Assembly: GCA_053919585.1 (NCBI GenBank)
Contig: JBSSHM010000300.1
Source: Euprymna scolopes
Taxonomy: Eukaryota
DNA length: 60,333 nt
Direction: 5' to 3' (one strand)
A program made the translations under genes and the position numbers. Position 1 is the first letter of the stretch, and every line of letters starts with the position of its first letter. Below are positions 11,478-19,617 of the stretch, in pieces. The notes below the pieces were generated by a model that did no database searches, had not been told where the DNA came from, and saw only the letters and a list, made by a program, of their open reading frames with translations.

Positions 11478-11622
11478 GCTCAACCTCCATTAGTTATTAA
11501 ATTTTATAGTTAGTTAGTCAAAACGGGAATCCCTAGCTTAGCCTAAATAAGGACTCCACAAAAATACATTCCTATCTTTAACCCTTTGATAATAAATTTA
11601 ACAGCTGTTATAAATTATTTCT

Positions 11623-11636
11623 TTGATATAAATCAA
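11623..11636. promoter_or_regulatory. FNR/DNR-type binding box upstream of the narK1-narK2-narGHJI operon
   Basis: Perfect TTGAT-ATAA-ATCAA. A minus-strand TAAATT at 11600-11595 sits at class II promoter spacing. Confidence 0.88.
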
Positions 11637-11653
11637 GTTTGGCAAAATTCTAA

Positions 11654-12407
11654 TCAATTATGACGCTTATTACATTCTATACTTGAACTTTCCATACAGG
11701 AATTTTTCGTAAATTCATCACAATATTGGCATAAACTAAATTGATTTTTTAAGAAAATTTTTTTTCCTTCTATATCAATAGAACCCTCCTCTTTTAGCTC
11801 TTTTAACATTCTTGAGAAAGTTTCTGGTTTTATTCCTAAATAATTAGCAATAATAGGTTTTTTTAAAATTTAAAGTAAAGCTAGGTTGTTTCTCATTACC
11901 ATCAATAAATTTCTCAAGCAAATAATAACCAACACTCTCCTTCGCATCTTTGATGGCAAGATTATTAATCTGAGTCAGTGCGTCTCCATAATATTTGGAA
12001 ATAGTTTGTAAGAGGTTTTTAGCTAGTTGATTACTCACCAGTATAAAATATTTTAAAGTTTGAATCGGTATTTTTAAAATTTCTGATTTTTCACTTGCCT
12101 TGACTGTAATAGGAGAACTTCCCTCCATGAACATCACTGCATCCATACAACAATCTCCTTTACCCAATAATCTGATAGAAACCTCTTCACCATGAGAATT
12201 GGTTCGACTGGTTACTAATGCCCCTCCAATAATAAAAAAAAGATGAGATGGAATATCACCCTCATGTATCAGATACTCACCACTATAAACAATATCTACA
12301 CGACTTTTGGAGATAATTTTTTCTACTTCAGCATACTTTAAACACTGAAAAAGAGATGTGTTTTTAAACGCAGCAATAAAGCTGTTGACGTCAAACTTTT
12401 TATTCAT
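11654..12407 (-). CDS. Crp/Fnr-family transcriptional regulator, frameshifted at the A7 run (11858-11864), with C-terminal 4-Cys tail
   Basis: cNMP-binding-like domain. Removing one A restores the HTH IIANYLGIKPETFSRMLKEL and the tail LCQYCDEFTKNSCMESSSIECNKRHN*, about 250 aa. Confidence 0.85.
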
Positions 12408-12499
12408 TAAAATAGTATGAGGATAATGAGTATGCTTATTTTTGGGTATTTTAAGATAGACGAGGATATACACCAATCTCGCCAAATTATTACAACAAT

Positions 12500-12579
12500 T
12501 TAGACGTTATATTACTTTAGACGTTATATTACTGAGATTAGACGTTATATTACTGAGATTAGACGTTATATTACTGAGA
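12500..12579. repeat. Tandem repeat TTAGACGTTATATTACTGAGA x3 plus one 17-bp truncated copy
   Basis: Copies read directly at 12500-12516, 12517-12537, 12538-12558 and 12559-12579; no spacers. Confidence 0.95.
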
Positions 12580-12685
12580 AAATAGTACAAAAAGTTATGC
12601 ATATTTCTCATCTCAGCCAGTTATACTACACATTTTAATATTTACCACCTTTTTCGACAAATTAATAATATATAATCGCAAAAGT

Positions 12686-13396
12686 ATGAAGTATTTTTCC
12701 CATTTGTTACTGCTTTCCTTATTTTCCTTTACTCTCAATAGTCAAGCACAAACCACTTATATCTATTTAACCTTTGATGATGGACCATTAAATGGAAGCC
12801 AGAAGGTAGATGCTGCTGTTTTATTAGAAAAAATTCCTGTTACTGTTATGCTTGTTGGCAAACATGCTTTAAAGCGTCCTAAGGATGTCCAACTGTATAT
12901 CGATAACCCATATATAGAAATTGGAAATCATAGTTATAGTCATGCAAATGATCACTATAAGTTATATTATTCCAAGCCTCAAGGAGTACTTGATGATTTT
13001 CTAAAAAATCAAAAACTCTTAAAACTAAAAAATAAAATTTCTAGATTGCCTGGAAGGAATATGTGGCGTATAGATGGCAGAAGCAGAAACGATATTAGCA
13101 GTGGAATAGATGCTGCAAATTTACTATCTAAGAATGGATTTATACTTTTTGGTTGGGATATAGAGTGGGCACATGATCCACACACAGCTGAGCCAATAGG
13201 AAATGCAGAAGATATTTTTAATAAAATTAAACAATTACGTCGTGATGAAAAACTATTTACCAAGAATCATATTGTCCTCTTGCTCCACGATGAAATGTTT
13301 CAAAAAAACTATGAGGAAACTGAGTTGAAAAGATTTGTTAATTTAATAAAAAATGATGATGAATACCAATTTAATCAGTTAAAAAACTATCCATAG
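12686..13396 (+). CDS. Secreted polysaccharide deacetylase (CE4/NodB family)
   Basis: Signal peptide; TFDDGP, HSYSH, RLPG and LLLHD motifs. Confidence 0.92.
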   Translation: MKYFSHLLLLSLFSFTLNSQAQTTYIYLTFDDGPLNGSQKVDAAVLLEKIPVTVMLVGKHALKRPKDVQLYIDNPYIEIGNHSYSHANDHYKLYYSKPQGVLDDFLKNQKLLKLKNKISRLPGRNMWRIDGRSRNDISSGIDAANLLSKNGFILFGWDIEWAHDPHTAEPIGNAEDIFNKIKQLRRDEKLFTKNHIVLLLHDEMFQKNYEETELKRFVNLIKNDDEYQFNQLKNYP

Positions 13397-13553
13397 ATAC
13401 TGTATCAGTTATAACAGCAAAAAAAAGCATTCATAGAACGCTAAATTTGTACTTATACACTCATAAGGTACATAGAGTTTTCTAGAACAGTAAAGTCTAA
13501 TGCGTAGTCCCCTTGCAATTTTCAAACATTAAGTTATTTAAAAACCTTGTCCC

Positions 13554-13724
13554 TTTTCATACCTTCATGATTAAGGATATAACTGTCCTTAATCAATTTT
13601 AAAAAATCATAGAGCTAGCTAACATAGCTTAATAGCGTTACAAAATGTAGTGTGTTTTTTGAAAGAGGTATGAGAAAACTAATCTAAGAAACTTGGATTT
13701 ATCTATAGATAAATCCAAGTTTTG
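13554..13724 (+). ncRNA. Candidate structured small RNA, family unknown
   Basis: Nested 12-14 bp stems P1, P2 and P3 with G-U pairs that favour the + strand, followed by a strong hairpin; no sizeable ORF. Confidence 0.45.
13689..13724 (+). terminator. Perfect 34-bp palindrome, probable intrinsic terminator
   Basis: AAACTTGGATTTATCTA-TAGATAAATCCAAGTTT (13689-13722) ending in a T run. Confidence 0.6.
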
Positions 13725-13948
13725 AATGACAATTAAAACCATAAATATAACAAAAGCTTCATTGTTTTAACGCTAAAATCTCTTGCTTAGCAGCTAAAAC
13801 CTTTGCATAAAAATAATGATCAACACAGCTAAAAATTTCTAACTTTTACTACTAAAGCGATGCTTCATTTGTTAAAAAAAATACCAATATAAAGAGATGT
13901 ATGGTCTACCTCCCTATATATTGGGAAAGTATTTTCAACAATAAAGCT

Positions 13949-13987
13949 AAAAAAAAACGCCATTCTTCCATCATGGAGAATGGCGTT
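13949..13987 (-). terminator. Rho-independent terminator of the 14046-15215 gene
   Basis: Minus strand reads AACGCCATTCTCCA-TGA-TGGAAGAATGGCG followed by T9. Confidence 0.85.
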
Positions 13988-14045
13988 CATAATACTAGAA
14001 GTTAAAAGTAAGATACTTCCTTACCTCCAACCTAGGTTTTAGAAA

Positions 14046-15215
14046 TTACTCACCTGATTTTTCTTCCCAATCAAGTCTAAATTCAGTAAATTTTCCTTCA
14101 CATACAACTTTTCCAGTTTTCACTTCACCAACCTTAGACTTTTTGTTGTCTCTAACAATGGTAATTTCAACGTCATGCTGACTTCCTCTAGAAACATTAA
14201 CCTTACGAGGTGTATAACCAATTTCTTTGCCATTTAGTTTTACATTGTCATAACCCAAGGCAATATTAGAACGAATTGACAACACACAATCATTGTTTTG
14301 CTCAAGTAAGTCAGGACGATAAACTTCATTGAACCATAATACTCTATCGTCTTTATCATAAGCATTTCCTGACATATAAGTATAAACTGCTTTCAATTCA
14401 AAATTAGCTTTATAACGACCTGTATCAGAATTCGCATGGTTACGAGAATATTCAATCTTATGACGAGAAGAACCAAATGCTTCGTTAGCTCCTATTTCAA
14501 CACCTGATGATACAACTTTAAGCGGTATGCTGCTCTTAACAATATTTAAAACAGTTTCAGGCTCAATTTTAGGAAGTTCTGAATAATCTTTAGTTGTTAA
14601 ATTGTAATCAATATAACGAGGCTTGATTTTAATGCGAAGTGTTTTTAAACACCCTGTATTGGCTATTTCACAAATTTCCGTTAAATGTTCACCATTTGTT
14701 GCACCAACAGATACCTGTAGATAATCATTATGAAAATGAGCATGTGTTACAGATAATTTAAAATCAATTACTTGGCTTGTTCCATCTTCAGTCGCTCTAA
14801 ATATATCTTTTCTAGGACCTTTATAATTTACCAATGCTTCTTCACCATCTGTATTTTTAAGGTTACCAATTTGAAACAATGAAACATTATCTAATTCCTC
14901 ACCATAAGGTAGTGCAGCATTAGCAGGATGAGTATAGAACACTAATAAACGACGCTTACGAGAACTAGTAATAGTCAATCTTAATGGTATTTCCAAAGTA
15001 TCTTTCAATTGTGCATTAGTTTGCAAAGCTCGGTAATATTCAACAGGAACATAGAACGTGTTTTTAACAATATCAGGAGCTCTTAAAGTAATGGAGTAAG
15101 ACTCAGCCTTTCTAGTTTTTTTATTATTTAGCACTGTTGTATTATTACCTGCAAAACTACTTATTGCAAAAGTAGATAACACAGACAGTATAATTGCCTT
15201 AGTTATTTTCTTCAT
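14046..15215 (-). CDS. Secreted hypothetical protein with C-terminal PEGA-like segment
   Basis: Sec signal MKKITK...SSFA. LSIRSN..NVKLNGKEIGYTPRKVNVSRGSQHDVEIT resembles the PEGA pattern VxxDG..GxTP..GxHxV. Has its own terminator. Confidence 0.7.
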   Translation of the reverse strand: MKKITKAIILSVLSTFAISSFAGNNTTVLNNKKTRKAESYSITLRAPDIVKNTFYVPVEYYRALQTNAQLKDTLEIPLRLTITSSRKRRLLVFYTHPANAALPYGEELDNVSLFQIGNLKNTDGEEALVNYKGPRKDIFRATEDGTSQVIDFKLSVTHAHFHNDYLQVSVGATNGEHLTEICEIANTGCLKTLRIKIKPRYIDYNLTTKDYSELPKIEPETVLNIVKSSIPLKVVSSGVEIGANEAFGSSRHKIEYSRNHANSDTGRYKANFELKAVYTYMSGNAYDKDDRVLWFNEVYRPDLLEQNNDCVLSIRSNIALGYDNVKLNGKEIGYTPRKVNVSRGSQHDVEITIVRDNKKSKVGEVKTGKVVCEGKFTEFRLDWEEKSGE

Positions 15216-15398
15216 AATTAAATATAAATTTAAATATTATTACAAATAGTCTCATAATATTTGATACACAAACACTACAAGCCGTCCAAACTTCTAAAAT
15301 TTATGAAACACAATCATAAATTTAGAATCCGTAAATAACTCGATCAAGAAAACTCAATCGACTTTTCAATTTTGTCACTTATTACAAAATTTCATTCA

Positions 15399-15935
15399 TT
15401 ACATCAGTATTTTTCTAAGCATCATCAATGCAAAATACACACTTTGAATTCTTACTTGTTCTCTTGAACCTTTAAAATACTTGGTATCATTCCAATCAAT
15501 CAATTGATCATCTTCTTTTTTTGCCCAAGCGAAACAGACCATTCCTACTGGCTTTTCATTATCGCTAGAATCTTGCTTAGGACCAGCAATACCGCTAATT
15601 GCCACACTGTAATTAGCTTGACTTATCTTCAGTATATTCCTTGCCATAGCTATCACAACTTGACTATCCACCGCTCCATATTTCTCAATTAGCGAATGAT
15701 CAATATGCAATAATTTATGCTTTGATGCGTAACTATAAGAAACAATTGAGCAATCAAACCATTTTGAACTTCCTACACAATCAGTACAACTCTTGGCTAA
15801 CCAACCACCTGTACAAGACTCAGCCGTGCATAAGGAACTCTTTAACCTAATAAGTTGTTCACCAATTTCTTTCGCTAAATTATAGCAATTTTTCTGAGAG
15901 ACACTCTCAGGCATAGCATGATGATTACTATGCAT
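15399..15935 (-). CDS. pncC: Nicotinamide-nucleotide amidohydrolase (CinA C-terminal domain)
   Basis: TAESCTGG, GSSKWF, YGAV, SGIAGP and KPVG motifs. Confidence 0.92.
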   Translation of the reverse strand: MHSNHHAMPESVSQKNCYNLAKEIGEQLIRLKSSLCTAESCTGGWLAKSCTDCVGSSKWFDCSIVSYSYASKHKLLHIDHSLIEKYGAVDSQVVIAMARNILKISQANYSVAISGIAGPKQDSSDNEKPVGMVCFAWAKKEDDQLIDWNDTKYFKGSREQVRIQSVYFALMMLRKILM

Positions 15936-15949
15936 ACAGCTTTTATCAA

Positions 15950-17386
15950 TTAAAGACCATTAATAAAAATATGCGTAAGAATACTCGCAACATAACCCAA
16001 AGCAATAACAGGAGTCCATTTTAAATGCCCAAGAAAAGTATAAATTCCTTTTGACTGACCCATTAAGGCAACACCTGCTGCTGAACCAATTGATAACATA
16101 CTGCCTCCAACACCTGCTGTCAGTGTTACTAATAACCATTGATTTAATGACATTTCAGGATGCATAGTTAGCACAGCAAACATCACAGGAATATTATCAA
16201 CAATTGCTGATAATACACCAACCGTAACATTAGCCCATGTTGGTCCCCAACCGATATACATTATTTCAGAAACCAATGTCAAATAACCTATAAATCCTAA
16301 ACCACCAACACTTAAGATAACACCAAAGAAAAATAGTAATGTATCCCATTCAGCACCAGCAATACGATGAAATGGATCAAAGGTTCCCTTTTTTTGGTGA
16401 AAATCAATGCCACCAATATTAATTTGACCATAATGATCATCAATTTTAATTTTTTTACACCGAATCTTAAGGGAATAGCTATAAAACATTAAATAACCCA
16501 GCCCTAACATCATACCCAATGCTGGCGGTAAATGAAAGAAATTATGTGCTGATACAGCAGTAACAATGGTTGCAAGAAATAGAAATATAACCATCACTCC
16601 ACCTGGTAAAATTTCAACTTTTTCTTCTAAAGACTTAGGTTTATCATTAGCAATGGCAAATTGCATAATTACTGCAGGTACGAGAAAATTAACTGCTGAT
16701 GGAATCATTAAAGCAAAAAATTGTGAAAAAGATACAATTCCTTTTTGCCATACCATCAATGTAGTAATATCACCAAAAGGACTGAACGCCCCACCCGCAT
16801 TGGCAGCAACCACAATATTAATACAACTAATAAGAATAAATTTTCGATTATCTCCACCAACGGCTAAGACTACTGCACACATAACCAGAGCAGTGGTAAG
16901 ATTATCAGCTATAGGAGAAAGAAAAAATGCAATAATGCCCGTAATCCAAAATAATTTTCTAAAACTATAATTTCTAGATACCAAATAGCTTCGCAATGCT
17001 TCAAAAACCTGACGTTCTAGCAGAGCATTAACATAAGTCATCGCTACCAAAAGAAATAACATCAGTTCTGCAAATTCTAGAATATTATGCCTAACTGCCA
17101 CCTCGGCAGCATAAGGCAAATCATTTTGAGCATATACCCACGCTATAGCAAACCAAATAACCCCTGCAGAGATTAGCACCGGCTTGGACTTTCTCAAATG
17201 AATCACCTCCTCACTCATCACTGCAGCATATGCAACAATAAACACTAGAATACTAAAATAACCAACAAAATGATTGGTTAAATCTAAAATTTCTCCACTT
17301 GTTGAAGCTGCATACACCGTAATAGGAAGCATAAACATCAAAGAAAAAACTAGCCAAAATGACTTTAATAAACGATTGTTTTTCAT
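15950..17386 (-). CDS. nhaD: Na+/H+ antiporter NhaD
   Basis: LRKSKPV, SPIADNLTTAL, GGAFSPFGDITT, SAIVDNIP and SIGSAAGVA. Confidence 0.93.
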   Translation of the reverse strand: MKNNRLLKSFWLVFSLMFMLPITVYAASTSGEILDLTNHFVGYFSILVFIVAYAAVMSEEVIHLRKSKPVLISAGVIWFAIAWVYAQNDLPYAAEVAVRHNILEFAELMLFLLVAMTYVNALLERQVFEALRSYLVSRNYSFRKLFWITGIIAFFLSPIADNLTTALVMCAVVLAVGGDNRKFILISCINIVVAANAGGAFSPFGDITTLMVWQKGIVSFSQFFALMIPSAVNFLVPAVIMQFAIANDKPKSLEEKVEILPGGVMVIFLFLATIVTAVSAHNFFHLPPALGMMLGLGYLMFYSYSLKIRCKKIKIDDHYGQINIGGIDFHQKKGTFDPFHRIAGAEWDTLLFFFGVILSVGGLGFIGYLTLVSEIMYIGWGPTWANVTVGVLSAIVDNIPVMFAVLTMHPEMSLNQWLLVTLTAGVGGSMLSIGSAAGVALMGQSKGIYTFLGHLKWTPVIALGYVASILTHIFINGL

Positions 17387-17413
17387 CTACAACTCCTTAA
17401 ATTAGAAAATCTT

Positions 17414-17704
17414 TTAAAACTTTTTGTTATCATTTAGTCGATTATGCAACACTTTACTAATTTTGAAATGCGGGATACTCCGACTATTTAATTGAACTTT
17501 TTTTCCTGTCTGTGGATTTATTGCCTCACGCTTGCCATATTTTTTAACATAAAAAGAACCAAAACCACGAATCTCAATTCGATCTCCATTAGCAAGAGCG
17601 TCTGACATAGAATTAATGAGCGTTCGTACCGAACGCTCAACATCTTTTTCATAAAAATCACCTATTGATTCGGTGATTTTTTTAATTAACTCTTGCTTAA
17701 CCAT
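17414..17704 (-). CDS. ihfB: Integration host factor beta subunit
   Basis: RIEIRGFGSF, NPQTG, PHFK; immediately downstream of rpsA. Confidence 0.93.
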   Translation of the reverse strand: MVKQELIKKITESIGDFYEKDVERSVRTLINSMSDALANGDRIEIRGFGSFYVKKYGKREAINPQTGKKVQLNSRSIPHFKISKVLHNRLNDNKKF

Positions 17705-17728
17705 AACAATTTAAATCAACTATTCTCT

Positions 17729-19396
17729 CTAAGAAGAAGATGATGAGTCACCTAATTGATCTCCTAGCAAATCACCAATGGTATTTGGACTATCATCCTG
17801 AGTAGATTTTTTATATTCACGTAATGCTGATTTTTCTTCAGCGTCTTCTTTTGATTTAACTGATAGGCTGATTTTTCTACCTTTCTTGTCTATATTAGTA
17901 ATCACGGCTTCAACTGTATCACCAACATTCAAATCTTCTAACATCTCAGACTTACGTATATAACCCTTAACATCCTCACTTAGAGAAACTTCAGCCCCTT
18001 TAGTATCGACACTCGCCACTGTTCCTGAAACAATACTGCCTCTATTATTTAAGACAATAAACTCATTAAATTCATCTTTAGTAAGTTGTTTGATACCGAG
18101 TGATACACGTTCTCTATCAATATCCATACTCAAGACTATCGCTTCAATTTGGTCATCCCTAGAGTATTTTGCTAACTCTTCTTCCTTATTAATATCATTC
18201 CAACTTAAATCAGTAACATGAATCAAACCATCAATGTCACCCTCTAAACCAACAAATAGACCAAAATCTGTTTTCGAACGAATAACTCCTGTTATTTTAT
18301 CACCCCGCTTATGATTATTAGCAAACTCTTCCCAAGGATTCGTATAACAACGTTTAATAGAAAGCGAGAAGCGTCTCTTCTCCTTATCTACGGCAATTAC
18401 TTTTACATTAACCTGTTGACCAATGGAAAGCAATTTAGATGGGTGAACATTGCGATTCTTCCAATCTAGCTCAGAGGTATGTACCAGACCATCAATTGAT
18501 TCATCAACGGCAACAAAGGCCCCATAATCAGTAATATTAGAAACTGTGGTATTTTCTATTACCATGCCAACTGGGAAATTCTCCTCAATATCCTCCCATG
18601 GATCTTTTTTCATTTGCTTTAATCCTAGCGATAAACGAAACTTTTCTCTATCCAACTTCATCACTTGAAGTTTAATCGTTTCACCAACACTGGTCACCTC
18701 AGCTGGATTGTTTACACGCTTCCAAGCCATATCAGTAATATGTAACAAACCATCAATACCACCAATATCAATAAATGCACCGTAGTCAGTAAGATTTTTA
18801 ACCGTTCCTTCAACAACATCACCCACTTCAATCTTAGAAAATTTCTCCTCTTTCTCAGCTTGACTCACTTCATCAATAAGTGCTCTTCTTGAAACAATCA
18901 TGTTTCCTTTTTCTGAATCAATTTTTAGAATACGCACTTCTAAAGTTTGGTTAACAAAATCTTCCAAGCTGTTAACACCACGTGAATCAATCAAAGAGCC
19001 TGGCAGAAAGGCTTTAATCTTGCCAACTTTCAAACTTAACCCTGCTCTAACGGCATGAGTCACCACACCTTTCACAGGAGTTTCATTATCTAAAAATACC
19101 TGCAATTCTTTTAAGTTTTCTATACGCTCAGCTTTATCACGATCCAAACGTGTTTCACCCAAACCATCAACAGGCATATCTAAATACATGTCAACAATAT
19201 CACCAATTTTTACAGTTAACTCACCATCCTCATCCTTAAATTGTTCAATTGGCACATACGCCTCTGATTTTGTACCTGCATCAAGATAAATGTAATCTTT
19301 TTCAATATAAATTACTGTAGCAGGAACAATTTCTCCAGCAGTAAATAAACTGGAGTTATACGATGTTTCAAAGAGTTCAGCGAAATTTTCTGACAT
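17729..19396 (-). CDS. rpsA: 30S ribosomal protein S1
   Basis: MSENFAELFE start; repeated S1 domains (DYGAF..DGLLHITD). Confidence 0.97.
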   Translation of the reverse strand: MSENFAELFETSYNSSLFTAGEIVPATVIYIEKDYIYLDAGTKSEAYVPIEQFKDEDGELTVKIGDIVDMYLDMPVDGLGETRLDRDKAERIENLKELQVFLDNETPVKGVVTHAVRAGLSLKVGKIKAFLPGSLIDSRGVNSLEDFVNQTLEVRILKIDSEKGNMIVSRRALIDEVSQAEKEEKFSKIEVGDVVEGTVKNLTDYGAFIDIGGIDGLLHITDMAWKRVNNPAEVTSVGETIKLQVMKLDREKFRLSLGLKQMKKDPWEDIEENFPVGMVIENTTVSNITDYGAFVAVDESIDGLVHTSELDWKNRNVHPSKLLSIGQQVNVKVIAVDKEKRRFSLSIKRCYTNPWEEFANNHKRGDKITGVIRSKTDFGLFVGLEGDIDGLIHVTDLSWNDINKEEELAKYSRDDQIEAIVLSMDIDRERVSLGIKQLTKDEFNEFIVLNNRGSIVSGTVASVDTKGAEVSLSEDVKGYIRKSEMLEDLNVGDTVEAVITNIDKKGRKISLSVKSKEDAEEKSALREYKKSTQDDSPNTIGDLLGDQLGDSSSSS

Positions 19397-19617
19397 ATAA
19401 GTAGATAAAATAATGATTGAACCATAAACCACACAAAAGCCTTATAGCTTTTAATGCTTGATTATTCTGACAAAGAAAAAACATCAAACATGGCGACCAT
19501 TTGGTTGTTAAAAAAACAAGAGTAATAACTAAAAAACACTCTCTCCAATAATAAAATACAGCCTATTAATTATAACATAGTAGAAAACATAGTAGAAAGG
19601 TTTTAAAAACACGCATC

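Noticed and set aside
12385-12394. Palindrome TTGACGTCAA
   Set aside because: Inside the Crp/Fnr coding start and lacks the FNR N4 spacing; plausible by chance.
12500-12579. Possible CRISPR or plasmid iterons
   Set aside because: No spacers, no cas or rep gene; chromosomal context.
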